DNA of 64,000 nt, from assembly GCA_964568735.1 (NCBI GenBank), contig CAZMRF010000016.1, forward strand, positions 2,037 through 66,036. Direction: 5' to 3'. This DNA is from an uncultured Acidobacteriota bacterium. GTDB taxonomy: Bacteria; Acidobacteriota; Polarisedimenticolia; JACPZX01. Below, in pieces: positions 47,576 to 57,281 of the stretch (the stretch's first letter is position 1; each line of letters begins with the position of its first letter). The notes under the pieces are model-generated. The model did no database searches. It was not told the DNA's origin and saw nothing but the letters and a program-made list of their open reading frames with translations. The position numbers and the translations under genes are program-made.

Positions 47576-49719
47576 CCCTTCACCTCGCCCTTCGCCGCGA
47601 CGAGCGCCTGCTGCAGTGCCGCATCGGCGGAGTTCATCTCTGCCGCCCTCTCGATGACCGCGAGCGCCTCCCGCCGCGCATCATCGTCCAGCAGCGGCCA
47701 GGCCCGGATGTAGAAGCGGGCCACCTTGGCGTGGGTCGACGCGCTCATCGGGTTGAGCCTCAGGGCCGTCCTGAGATCCTGCGCGCCCGCCTGGACACAG
47801 GCGCTCTCGTCGCCGCCCCGCAACTCACGAGCCGCGCAGAGAGCGGCCGCGAGATGGCCCCGGTAGAGATGCCCCTGGGGGTAGGTGGGCGCGTGGCGGA
47901 TCCCATTTTCCTGACGCTGCATCGCCTCACCCAGGAGAGTGCCCACCTTCCGCGCTCTCGCCTCGTCGAGGGCACCTCCGGTCGCGAGCTGTTCGCTCAG
48001 GGCCTGGAGGTCCGCGACGGCCACCCTTCCGAGCGCCGCCGCTTCCGTGAAGAGCCGCTCCGAGTTGTCCCCGTCCAGAGTGCGGGCCACCCAGGCCCGG
48101 GTGCGGCATCGCATGGAGCTGTCCGGCTTCCCGTCGAGCATCGCACGCTCCACGACATGGCTTTCCGAGAGCGCGGCCACGGTGGGAACTATCGCGGAGG
48201 CCGCCACAAGGAGCATCCCCGCCGCCGGAGCGAGGCTCCTCGGAATCCACGATGACGGCACCGCCACCCGTGCGCGGGCGGGAACGGCCGCGGCTCCGGC
48301 CTGCCGGCGCCATGCGATGAGGATCCCGCAGGCGGCCGCGAAGGTCACGGCGTTCGCGGGGATGGCAAGGTCGAAATCCACCAGCGAGTGAAGTCCTATC
48401 GCGAGGACGGCCGCGAGGGCGGCCGGGCCGAGCGGGCCGAAGGCGTCCCGCTCGAGGCGCGTTCGGATCAGGGAGCGCGTCACGAGAAGGACTCCGGCCC
48501 CGAGGACCACCAGGCCCGTCCAGCCCGTCTCCGCGAGGGCCTCGAGGTAGTCGTTGTGCGCGTGGGCGAGGAAGACCCCCGCTCCCGCAGCACGGAAGCC
48601 GGGGAAGACGTACTGGAAGCTGCCTAGCCCCGTGCCCGTCAGCGGGAAGGCCGCGGCCATCACGAGCGCCTGCTGCCACATCTCCCAGCGTCCCACCTGG
48701 CCGGTCATCGAGTCGGGCGCCACCCTGAAGTCGTCCAGGATGATGGAGCCGCGGCTCTGGCTGAAGAAGAGCAGCAGCGTCACGGCCACGGCGAGCGCCG
48801 CCGCGACGGCGAAGGCTCTTCTCTTCCGGCTGACGGCGGCCGCCATCCCCGCCGCGAGAAGCCCCGCCATGGCACAGGCCATCCCCGCCCTCGATCGCGA
48901 CGACCCGAGGGCCGTGGCCATCAGGACTGCCACGATCAGGACCATCGCCGCGGAGAAGATCTTCCGCCCCGGCAGCGCGGCGACGCGCTGGAGAAGGGGG
49001 ATCTGCTCCGATGGGTGCAGCCTCGGGAAGAGGCCCGCCGCCATCGCGAGCGCCAAGGGCAGGCACATGGCCAGGTAGCCGGCATAGTGGTTCTTGTTGA
49101 TGAAGGTGCCGGTCGCCATCTCGGCGTAGTACTGCTTGGCGTAGCCGAAGATGTGCTGGCGCCCGCTGAGGTGCTCGGCGAGGCCGTAGACGGCCTGGAA
49201 GCCGCCCCCGGCCACGAGCGCCCAGGCGAGTGCGCGCCGCGGCCCGCCCTGCATGGCGAGATCCAGCGCCATGAGCGCCACGAGGGAGCAGGCCACGAAG
49301 CGGGAGAGGGACTGGCGCGTGGCCCAGGTGTGGAGCGAGAGGGGCCGCCAGCGACCCGCCTCGGCGGGGGCAGGCTCCGGGGCCCCGCCGGGCTCATTCA
49401 TGCGTCCGGCCGCCCCCGGCTCCAGCTCGGCTCTGAGCGATGCGGCCGCCGGGGAGAGGGAAGCACCGAGCGCGGGCGGGAGCGGGACGAGCTGGGCTGC
49501 CACGACGGCCGCGAAGGCGGCCGTCGCGAGGAGCGCCGGCTCACGCCAGGGAAGGGCCGGGAGCCCCCTGCGGCAGCGTCCGACGATCCAGATGACGGCG
49601 AGGATGGCCGAGGCGACGACGAGCGCGGCACTCCATGAGGGCTCGACGGCGCCGAAAGGAAGCGGCGCGAGCAGGAGCAGGGCGATCACGCCGCCGAGCA
49701 GGAGCCTCTCTGTCGTCAT
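47572..49719 (-). CDS. O-antigen ligase-family protein with C-terminal TPR-like region
   Basis: GTFINKNHYAGYL, SRSRAG, GTGLGSF, HAHNDYLE, HSLVDF; TPR-like tail. Confidence 0.85.
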   Translation of the reverse strand: MTTERLLLGGVIALLLLAPLPFGAVEPSWSAALVVASAILAVIWIVGRCRRGLPALPWREPALLATAAFAAVVAAQLVPLPPALGASLSPAAASLRAELEPGAAGRMNEPGGAPEPAPAEAGRWRPLSLHTWATRQSLSRFVACSLVALMALDLAMQGGPRRALAWALVAGGGFQAVYGLAEHLSGRQHIFGYAKQYYAEMATGTFINKNHYAGYLAMCLPLALAMAAGLFPRLHPSEQIPLLQRVAALPGRKIFSAAMVLIVAVLMATALGSSRSRAGMACAMAGLLAAGMAAAVSRKRRAFAVAAALAVAVTLLLFFSQSRGSIILDDFRVAPDSMTGQVGRWEMWQQALVMAAAFPLTGTGLGSFQYVFPGFRAAGAGVFLAHAHNDYLEALAETGWTGLVVLGAGVLLVTRSLIRTRLERDAFGPLGPAALAAVLAIGLHSLVDFDLAIPANAVTFAAACGILIAWRRQAGAAAVPARARVAVPSSWIPRSLAPAAGMLLVAASAIVPTVAALSESHVVERAMLDGKPDSSMRCRTRAWVARTLDGDNSERLFTEAAALGRVAVADLQALSEQLATGGALDEARARKVGTLLGEAMQRQENGIRHAPTYPQGHLYRGHLAAALCAARELRGGDESACVQAGAQDLRTALRLNPMSASTHAKVARFYIRAWPLLDDDARREALAVIERAAEMNSADAALQQALVAAKGEVKG

Positions 49720-49727
49720 CCCCCACC

Positions 49728-51953
49728 TCAGGCACGCGGATCGGTGCCCGTCCCGGCGTCACTGGAGGCGCTCGAGGCGCTGCGCTCCAGCGCCGCGAGC
49801 TCCGCCTGCTCCCTGGCCGTCTCCGTGTAGCTTCCGTAGTAGCGGCTCTCCGGCTCGGCCTTGTTCAGGACGGCGCCCGTGAGCTGGGCCTTCACCTGCC
49901 TCAGCTTCCCGACGGCGTGCTCCAGCGCGTCCCTCCCTGTCACTCCGGCCCACGCCACGACGATGACCGACTCCATCCGCGCGGCGATGATGCAGGCGTC
50001 CGCCACGACGAGGACCGGCGGGGAGTCGAAGATGATGTGGTCGTAGCCGGCCGCCAGGAGCCGGCTCTCGATCTCGGCGAAGCGGTTCGAGTTCAGGAGA
50101 TCAGCCGGGTTGGGCGGCGGCGGCCCGCTGGCGAGGATGTCCAGCCCCTCCACGCGCGTGGGCTGGATGGCCAGGCCGTCGGTCCCGGACCCGCCGAGAG
50201 CCGTGGAGAGGCCCGTTCCGTTCGAGAGCCCGAAGATCGCATGGAGGCGCGGCTTTCTCATGTCGGCGTCCACGAGCAGGACGCGGCGCCCCGCCTGCGC
50301 CAGGGAGACGGCCAGGTTCCCGCTGATGGCCGTCTTGCCCTCGCTGGGCTGCGAGCTGGTCACGAGGATCATCCGCGGCGGCCCGCCGGGCCTCGAGACG
50401 AGGAGAGTGGTCCGCATCTCGCGAACCGCCTCGGAGATCTTCGAGGCGGGATTCTCGTGGGCGATGAGCCCCACGGTGGCCGTCGCGCGCGCCTCCTCGG
50501 TGCCGTTGGATCTCACGAGGCGCAGGCGCGGGCCGTCGGGGCGCCACATGGGGATCACGCCGAGGACCGGAAGGCCGGTCAGGGCATGGACCTCTTCGCC
50601 GCTCTTGACGGACTTGTCCACGTACTCGAAGAAGAGCGCGAGCCCGATCCCCAGCGCGAGGCCGCTCGCGAAGCTCAGGATGAAGTTCATCCCGCTCCGG
50701 GGGCTGCTGGCCCGGACCGGGATCTCGGCCCGATCCACGATGCGCACGTTGCTGCTCGTGACCTCGTTCATCCCCGCCGTCGTGCGGGCCTCACCCTGGC
50801 GCCTGAGGATCGCCTCGAGCATCTGCCGGCGGTTCTCGATCTCGCTCTTGAGCGTGCGGTACTCGATTTCCTTGAGGCTGAGCGCCTGCGACAGCCCCTT
50901 GAGCCCCTCCAGCGCCTTCTCGAGCCCGGCCTCCTCCTTCTTCGATGCCCGGTAGTCGGCCTCGGCGGCGCCGAGGATCTGCCCGTAGACCGCGCGGTTC
51001 TCCCTCTCGATTCTCTGATCGATCTCCCCCAGCTCCCCCTTCACGCGCGAGAGCTCGGGCCACGCGGGCCCGTACTTCTCGGACAGCTCCGCGTGGCGGC
51101 GGGCCAGCTCGATCCGCTTGGCAGCGAGGTCGCCGATGAGGCGGCTCTCCCTCACTTCCTTCACGTCCTGAGGCGCCGATTCCTCGAGGGAGGCGAACCT
51201 GGCTTCCTTCTCGATGCGGACGCCCCGCGCCGCGGTGAGGGACTTGCTGAGGTCCGTGAGGTTCTGCAGCGTGATGTCCTGGGTCTCGTTGATCGGGACG
51301 ATGCCGTGCTCGGTGGCGTAGGCCTGGAGGCGCTTCTCCATCTCCTGGATCTCGCCCTGGAGGGAGGTCACCTGCTCGCCCAGCGACGTGGATGCCTGCT
51401 CCGTCGTGTTGTACTCGGCCTGCGTGTTGAAGGCGATGTAGGTCTCCGCGACCTGGTTCGCGGCCTTCGCGGAGAGCACCCGATCCCGGGAGGAGAACGA
51501 GACGTTGACGAGCCGGCTCTTGCTCACAGGCGAGACATTCAGGCGCTCCAGGAAGCGGTTGATGCGGGCCCCCTCGGCCACTTCCTCGGGGGTCAGCCCC
51601 GTATCGACGCGGCCGGGGGCCTCGACGCGGAACTCCGGGTGATGCGGCAGATCGAGGGCGCGGATCACCTCACGGGCCACGCGGCGGCTGGTGATGAGGC
51701 CGTACTGGGTCTCGTAGAAGCCGAAGAACTGATCGCCGCCGTCCGTCGCCACGCGCTGGAAGGGCAGCACGTTGGGGTTCTGCCGCTCGATCTGGAGCGT
51801 CGTCGTCGCCGTGTAGACCGGCTCCATCAGCAGGGAGCGGAGCATCACGGTCGTCACCGTGACGGCCAGGCAGGTGTAGACGACCCACCGGCGCTTGACG
51901 AGAATGCGCCAGTAGTCCAGCAGGTGAGCTTCCCTGGGCTCCGCTTCCCTCAT
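49728..51953 (-). CDS. wzc: Polysaccharide co-polymerase / BY tyrosine autokinase
   Basis: HLLDYWRILVKRRW, Walker A SSQPSEGKT, LLVDADMRKP, IFDSPP, C-terminal YYGSY. Confidence 0.92.
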   Translation of the reverse strand: MREAEPREAHLLDYWRILVKRRWVVYTCLAVTVTTVMLRSLLMEPVYTATTTLQIERQNPNVLPFQRVATDGGDQFFGFYETQYGLITSRRVAREVIRALDLPHHPEFRVEAPGRVDTGLTPEEVAEGARINRFLERLNVSPVSKSRLVNVSFSSRDRVLSAKAANQVAETYIAFNTQAEYNTTEQASTSLGEQVTSLQGEIQEMEKRLQAYATEHGIVPINETQDITLQNLTDLSKSLTAARGVRIEKEARFASLEESAPQDVKEVRESRLIGDLAAKRIELARRHAELSEKYGPAWPELSRVKGELGEIDQRIERENRAVYGQILGAAEADYRASKKEEAGLEKALEGLKGLSQALSLKEIEYRTLKSEIENRRQMLEAILRRQGEARTTAGMNEVTSSNVRIVDRAEIPVRASSPRSGMNFILSFASGLALGIGLALFFEYVDKSVKSGEEVHALTGLPVLGVIPMWRPDGPRLRLVRSNGTEEARATATVGLIAHENPASKISEAVREMRTTLLVSRPGGPPRMILVTSSQPSEGKTAISGNLAVSLAQAGRRVLLVDADMRKPRLHAIFGLSNGTGLSTALGGSGTDGLAIQPTRVEGLDILASGPPPPNPADLLNSNRFAEIESRLLAAGYDHIIFDSPPVLVVADACIIAARMESVIVVAWAGVTGRDALEHAVGKLRQVKAQLTGAVLNKAEPESRYYGSYTETAREQAELAALERSASSASSDAGTGTDPRA

Positions 51954-51961
51954 CCCATCTC

Positions 51962-53179
51962 CTAGAAGAAGGTCTCGGCGACCACGACCACGTCGCCGTC
52001 GGCAAGGACCGGATCCAGCTCCTCTCCGCTGCGGATCCTGAGCAGGTTCACCGTGAAGCTCGTCTTGGTCCCCGAAGGCCCGCGGCGGAGGATCAGGACC
52101 TTCTTGAGGTTCGCCCGCTCCGTCGCGCCTCCGGTCTTCGCGATGGCCTGCATCACGGTGATCTCCCGGCTGGCCGCCTGCTCGATCCGCCCGGGGTCGC
52201 GGACGGCGCCGTCCACGTAGATCTGGAGGATCCGGTCGGGGGGGACGCTGACGACGTCTCCCGGCTCGATGGGGAGGTTCAGCGAGGGATCCCGGCTCGT
52301 CATTAGAGAATCGATGGGGACGGGGATCCGATCGTGGCCCCCTCCGGGCGATGCGCGGATCACGAAGAGCTCGGCCCCGCTTTCCTGCGTGAGGCCGCCG
52401 GCCTGCGCGATCACCTGGAGCAGGGTGCGGGGGCCCAGCATCTCGTAGACGCCGGGCTTGCCGACCGCCCCGAGGACGGAGACCTTCTTGCTGCCATGCT
52501 CCTGCACGAAGACCGAGACGTGGGGATCCCTGACGTACGTGCCGTCGAGCATCTCGCGGATCTTCAGCTCCAGCTCGCGCGGCGTGAGGCCGGCCGCGTG
52601 GATCTCGCCCACGAGGGGAAGAGAGACCGCGCCGGACTCACCGACCCTCACCGTGCGATTCAGATCGGGGACCTCGAAGACGGTGATCTCGAGGAGATCC
52701 TCCGTGCCCAGGGGGCGGGCCGCTCCGGGCTCCGCATCCCCTCCCTCCTCGCGTGGAACGAACCTGAGCTGGAGCCCTTCCGGCACGGAGCGGATCATGG
52801 CCGCGGAGGGCCGCTCCAGCGTGAAATCGACCCTCGCCCCCTCGGCCGCCGCGCCGAGCGCAATCGCGCGAACGGGGCCGGAGGGCTGGGGGAGATCCTC
52901 GGGGCCTACCTCGACGAGCACTCCCGCCAGCTCGACGCTCACGACGCGTCCACCCGCCCCCTCCAGGATCCGGTGAGAGGGATTCCCGCGGCAGGCGAGA
53001 AGCCAGCTCTCGCCACCGGGCGCCGAGACGACGGCCGTCAGGGCGGGGCTCTCCGCTCCGGGCTCCGCGCACCAGGCGGGCGCCTCCGCGAGCACGAAGA
53101 CGAGCACGAGAATGAGCACACCTCGGAGCGCCGCCTCCGCGCGAAGGAACGCGCCGGCAGCCTGCCCGCGCGCTCTCAC
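51962..53179 (-). CDS. wza: Polysaccharide export (OPX) protein with N-terminal AMIN-like domain and SLBB repeats
   Basis: LGTEDLLEITVF, SLPLVGEIHAAGLT, VLGAVGKPG, AIAKTGG; ends VVVVAETFF. Confidence 0.85.
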   Translation of the reverse strand: MRARGQAAGAFLRAEAALRGVLILVLVFVLAEAPAWCAEPGAESPALTAVVSAPGGESWLLACRGNPSHRILEGAGGRVVSVELAGVLVEVGPEDLPQPSGPVRAIALGAAAEGARVDFTLERPSAAMIRSVPEGLQLRFVPREEGGDAEPGAARPLGTEDLLEITVFEVPDLNRTVRVGESGAVSLPLVGEIHAAGLTPRELELKIREMLDGTYVRDPHVSVFVQEHGSKKVSVLGAVGKPGVYEMLGPRTLLQVIAQAGGLTQESGAELFVIRASPGGGHDRIPVPIDSLMTSRDPSLNLPIEPGDVVSVPPDRILQIYVDGAVRDPGRIEQAASREITVMQAIAKTGGATERANLKKVLILRRGPSGTKTSFTVNLLRIRSGEELDPVLADGDVVVVAETFF

Positions 53180-53207
53180 GGGCCCGGCCTGCTCCGCGGA
53201 CCGGCCG

Positions 53208-54527
53208 CTACAGGAGCAGCGACGTGCCGAAGGTGATGAGATCGCGATCTCTGTCGAGCGAATCATCCGTGGAATCCCGCCTCTGGCGCTGGACGCTCCC
53301 CGTCAACGCGAAGTCGTCGCCCAGCCTGTAGTAGAGCTTCATCTCCCAGGTCTTCAGTCGATCGTCCCTCGTGCGTGCTTCCGTCCTCTTCGAGTCGTCG
53401 GCATCGATCAGCTCCTCCGGATAGTGGTAGAGCGTCCGCCCGTACCGCAGCTCGGCGCTCAGCTTCCGCGAGAAGAACCTCTCGAAGCCCGCGGCCCACG
53501 TGGTCTGGATGGCATAGAGGTTGTTCTCGAGCATGGAGAAGGGCAGGGCCCGCTCCGCCTCGAGCTTCAGCCGCGAGGCATTCCCGAGGCGCGCGGCGAC
53601 GGCGCCCTCTCCCGCGAAGCCCTTGTAGTCCGCCGGGATGGGAGAGTTCGGGTCGCCGGGATCGAGCCTCCCCCCGGGCGCGTTCAGGCTCACGACTCCG
53701 GCCTTCACCTCGCCCGAGATCGGTGCGGAGGCGTCGAGGCGCAGCCCCGGCAGGACGGTGATCGACCGGGTGTCGCGGACCTGCTCCGGGCTGCGGAAGT
53801 TCACGTCGTCGAGGATCGTCTCGAGGGTGGCCGTCGTCCGGGGACGAACCCGCATCTCTCCCGTCAGCTCGACCGTGCGGTTGTCCCGGTCGAGGCGCTC
53901 CTTGATGTCGTCGATCCCCTCCCCATCCACGTAGCGGATCGAGCCCGCGCGGAGCGACGCGTGGCCGCCGAGCCGGTCCCGCAGCGGGATGCGCGCCATG
54001 GCGGTGAGCTCGTTGACGCTGCGCCGGACGCGCGTGTCGATCTCGTTGGAGGGCCTCTCACGATCGGAGCGGAAGCGCTCTTCCAGCGAGAGCACGGAGG
54101 GGCCCATCAACAGAATGCCCCTCGCTCTCGAATCGCTGTTCCAGTGATCGAGCTGGCTGTTGTTCTTGAAGGCGACGTAGCTGAGCTCCTGGCCGAAAGC
54201 CACTCCGCCGCGATGGCCCGTGCGAAGGAGCGCGCGCAGCCCCGGGACGGCGGTAGCCGTGAAATCCCCTTCTCCCTCCCTGGAGTCGAAGAAGACGTTG
54301 TCGTCGTACCCGACGTCCCTGAGGTTGAAATAGGGGCCGAGCCAGAGCGGGCCCACCTTCCGCAGCGCATCGATCGAGAGATCGGGATCCGGCGGGACCT
54401 CGGGATCCGGGGCCGCCAGCGCGAGAGAGCACGCGCACAGGCCGGAGGCGAGGAGGAAGAGGGCCCGGGCCGGGGCTGCCGGGCCTCTTCCGATACTGGC
54501 TTCAGGGACCGCCCGGGCTTCCGTCAT
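53208..54527 (-). CDS. Outer-membrane beta-barrel associated with polysaccharide export
   Basis: Signal peptide; GYDDNVF, alternating beta-strands, C-terminal ITFGTSLLL; directly upstream of wza. Confidence 0.75.
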   Translation of the reverse strand: MTEARAVPEASIGRGPAAPARALFLLASGLCACSLALAAPDPEVPPDPDLSIDALRKVGPLWLGPYFNLRDVGYDDNVFFDSREGEGDFTATAVPGLRALLRTGHRGGVAFGQELSYVAFKNNSQLDHWNSDSRARGILLMGPSVLSLEERFRSDRERPSNEIDTRVRRSVNELTAMARIPLRDRLGGHASLRAGSIRYVDGEGIDDIKERLDRDNRTVELTGEMRVRPRTTATLETILDDVNFRSPEQVRDTRSITVLPGLRLDASAPISGEVKAGVVSLNAPGGRLDPGDPNSPIPADYKGFAGEGAVAARLGNASRLKLEAERALPFSMLENNLYAIQTTWAAGFERFFSRKLSAELRYGRTLYHYPEELIDADDSKRTEARTRDDRLKTWEMKLYYRLGDDFALTGSVQRQRRDSTDDSLDRDRDLITFGTSLLL

Positions 54528-55110
54528 CGTCCTCGTTGTTGTCGCCGTCAGCCGCATCGATGAGGGCGCCTGTCGCGATGACGAAAGCGAGCCCGGCGGC
54601 CAGCACGACGAGCGGGTTGCTCCATCCGAGGCCGGGTTGGCCCTGGCCCTTGGTCTTGGGCCGCTTCGGCGTCTGCTTGGCCTCACCCGTGCCGGCACCT
54701 TCGGGTCCGGCCTCGGCAAGCGACGCAGGATCGAAGCCGGGCCGGTCCTCGATCCTGAAGGAGTAGCTCTGGGGCGTGACCGCGGTGACAAGAAGTGAGC
54801 GCGCTCCAAGGTAGATCCCCTTCTCCGTCTGGACGGCCACCTCGTACTCGCCCGCGGGAAGCCCCACGAGGCGATAGGTGCCGTCCTCCGTCGTGGGCAC
54901 GCTCGCATGCTCGCGAGCGTCGTCCAGGCTGCGAACCATGACCACGGCTCCGGTCACGGGCCCGCCGGCCCCCGCGATCACCTTCCCTTCCAGCGACGCC
55001 GGGCCCTCTGTGTCAGCCGCGAGCGGTGGCAACGTCCCGAGCGGAAGCGCCGCGATCAGCAGCGCCGCCGCAAAAACTCTCATCCTTCCCTGCATGCGCC
55101 TCTCCTCCAC
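54502..55110 (-). CDS. Secreted carboxypeptidase-regulatory-like (beta-sandwich) domain protein with C-terminal TM and acidic tail
   Basis: Signal peptide; LEGKV..GAVVMV..TTEDGTYRLVGLPAGEYEV; TM followed by EDDDGSPGGP*. Confidence 0.8.
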   Translation of the reverse strand: MEERRMQGRMRVFAAALLIAALPLGTLPPLAADTEGPASLEGKVIAGAGGPVTGAVVMVRSLDDAREHASVPTTEDGTYRLVGLPAGEYEVAVQTEKGIYLGARSLLVTAVTPQSYSFRIEDRPGFDPASLAEAGPEGAGTGEAKQTPKRPKTKGQGQPGLGWSNPLVVLAAGLAFVIATGALIDAADGDNNEDDDGSPGGP

Positions 55111-55196
55111 GTGGGCCTGCGTCCCGGCGAGCGCCCGCAGGCGGGACCGAGCTTGCGTATGAGCCCCGCGCCGGCGGGGCGGGATGAGTTCATGCT

Positions 55197-55715
55197 TCAG
55201 GGCAGTTTCGGGCTCGCGTCTTCGTCCTTCTCGAACAACTGGTCCGCCGCGAACGCAGCCACCAGGATGCCGCCGATGGTCGGGATCAGGATGGCGGCCT
55301 TTCCGCCGCTGCGCGCCGTTCCGGAGCCGGAAGAGCCTGCGGCCTCCGAGGCGGCCGGGGTCATGATCAAGGTGATAGAAGAGGGCTGCCCCCCCGCGAT
55401 GGTGACCCTGCTGGGCAGCATGAACTCGCCGCCACCGGTGCTCACGACGATCGTGTACTCACCGTCCGGCACTTCCTGGATCTCGTACCTTCCCGTGGCA
55501 TCGGTCTGCCGGCTCGAGAATTCCTGGCCGGAGGTGCGATCCCTGAGCCGGACCGTGACGTTGCGCGCCGGGCTGATGCCATCCTGGTGCAGGACGGTTC
55601 CGGTGAGATCCGTGCCGGAATCGGCCGCGATCGGAGAGGTGACAGAAGCGGGGAAGACCATCACCGCCGCAAGGGCGAGCACGCACGGTAATCTTCCCCG
55701 TAGACCGACAATCAT
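55197..55715 (-). CDS. Secreted carboxypeptidase-regulatory-like domain protein with C-terminal TM and acidic tail
   Basis: Signal peptide; LTGTV..TDATGRYEIQEVPDGEYTI; TM followed by EKDEDASPKLP*; upstream TTGACC-16-TAGAAT (55796-55769). Confidence 0.8.
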   Translation of the reverse strand: MIVGLRGRLPCVLALAAVMVFPASVTSPIAADSGTDLTGTVLHQDGISPARNVTVRLRDRTSGQEFSSRQTDATGRYEIQEVPDGEYTIVVSTGGGEFMLPSRVTIAGGQPSSITLIMTPAASEAAGSSGSGTARSGGKAAILIPTIGGILVAAFAADQLFEKDEDASPKLP

Positions 55716-55851
55716 GGCAGCTCCATCTGGACTGGCCTGAACTGAAGAGGTGGATCGCAGGCCGGGCTATTCTATCGGGCCGCCAGCCACGGTCAAGCAG
55801 ACTGCACCACTTTCACGGACTGCCTCTGCACCCGCCCCCGCTGGTCTGCGG

Positions 55852-56418
55852 CTAGTGGCCTCGGCCGCCCTTGGCCCCCGGCTCTCCCGGGGGCCCTGAG
55901 CCGTTTCCCTGGCCGTTGCCCTTGTCCTTCCCGGGCGGATCAGATGCGCCTGGACCCGCTCCCGAACCCCCCTTCCCATCCCCTGGATGAGAGCCGCCGC
56001 CCTGTCCGGGCGGATCTCCTGTGCGACCCGGTGGGCCGTCCCCCCCATGGCCGGGCGGATCGAGATCGCCCTGCCCTGGCGGGTCATCGCCACCGTTGCC
56101 GGGAGGAGGGCCACCTCCATGCCCCGGAGGGTTCGGGCCTCCCCGGTGGTCGGGGGGCAGGTCGGGAGGACGGCCGCGCCCGCGCCCAGGACGGCTCGGG
56201 CTCGCATCGTCGTCGGTCTCGGCGATGGCCGTTGCCGCCAGATCGCTGCTGAGAATCACGCTCAGCAGATGGAGGGCACCGGAGCCTGCCGCCTCTGGCG
56301 GAAGCTGAGCTGCCGGCTCGGCACCGATGACGGGTGCCCTGGGAGCGACCAGCAGAACCAACACGGCACACCACAAGGGAGCCGCAGACCCCATGAACGC
56401 GATTCGCTTCAAGATCAC
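55852..56418 (-). CDS. Secreted Gly/Pro-rich (PPG-repeat) low-complexity protein
   Basis: GGGAGGAG RBS, GTG start, signal peptide; ETDDDASPSRP followed by eight PPG/HPG-type units; upstream TTGACG-16-TAGTAT (56491-56464). Confidence 0.7.
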   Translation of the reverse strand: MILKRIAFMGSAAPLWCAVLVLLVAPRAPVIGAEPAAQLPPEAAGSGALHLLSVILSSDLAATAIAETDDDASPSRPGRGRGRPPDLPPDHRGGPNPPGHGGGPPPGNGGDDPPGQGDLDPPGHGGDGPPGRTGDPPGQGGGSHPGDGKGGSGAGPGASDPPGKDKGNGQGNGSGPPGEPGAKGGRGH

Positions 56419-56520
56419 TCCCTCCCGACGATCAGGTTCACTGAAACCGGCGATGACTGCCGAATACTACGGCCCTCGTCATCGCCGTCAAGGAGAATAC
56501 TGAAGGGGAGTGTGCCGGGG

Positions 56521-56904
56521 TCAGGGATCTTCAAGGATGGAATTCTTCGCCGCGGAGCCGACCAGGATGGCACCCGCCACGATCATGAGCACGACGCCAA
56601 CCCTCGAGCGGAAGAAGGACTTCCTCGTCCCGGGGGGAGTTTCGCGGCGGGGCTCGGGCGGGATGGCCCCTTCGTTCACGGCGAGAAGGCGTGCCGCAAG
56701 GGCCTGCCTGAGCCCCCCTGACTCGGGAGGGCACGGGAGTTGTCTCGCCGGGGCCGGGACCTGGATGGACGAGGCGGCTTCCTGGCCGGCCGGAGGGAGC
56801 GCCTCCGCGGCAGGGCTGGCCCCGGGGGCCACTCCCCCCCAGACCGGCGTCACCCCCCCGGCCGCGGCGAGCGCAAGGATCGCGGCGAGTAGCCTCGAGC
56901 CCAC
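56521..56904 (-). CDS. Small secreted protein with C-terminal TM
   Basis: Signal peptide, Ala/Pro-rich linker, KSFFRSRVGVVLMIVAGAILVGSAAKNSILEDP*. Confidence 0.7.
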   Translation of the reverse strand: MGSRLLAAILALAAAGGVTPVWGGVAPGASPAAEALPPAGQEAASSIQVPAPARQLPCPPESGGLRQALAARLLAVNEGAIPPEPRRETPPGTRKSFFRSRVGVVLMIVAGAILVGSAAKNSILEDP

Positions 56905-57023
56905 GAGCTCCGCGTGAACTGGCGGAATCCGGATGACGAACCTCCTGGCCGCCGGCGCCCGCCGGCGGTGGATGCGGTGTCCCGGATCCTGTCGGGTCCC
57001 GACGGGGCGGTCAAGCCCCGAGA

Positions 57024-57272
57024 TCAGTTCATGCGGAGGTGCGGGGCGACGGACCTCACGAAGAGACGCGTGTCGATGGGTGCGGCCTCAAGCCCGGGGC
57101 CGGGCACCGGGATGCCGCCAAGGGATCGGAGGATGACCTCGGCGCTCTCGGTCAGGAGACCTCGCAGGTCGTTCAAGGTCAGGGTCTGTGCGTCGCTCAG
57201 GTCGTATTGCGTGGCGGTCTTGGTGTCTTCCAAGGCTTCAGGCTCCCCTCCCCCGGCTGGTTCAGAGCCCAC
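57024..57272 (-). CDS. Hypothetical protein
   Basis: 82-aa ORF starting 10 nt after the regulator gene; plausible composition, no recognisable motif. Confidence 0.4.
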   Translation of the reverse strand: MGSEPAGGGEPEALEDTKTATQYDLSDAQTLTLNDLRGLLTESAEVILRSLGGIPVPGPGLEAAPIDTRLFVRSVAPHLRMN

Positions 57273-57281
57273 CCCCTGGGC

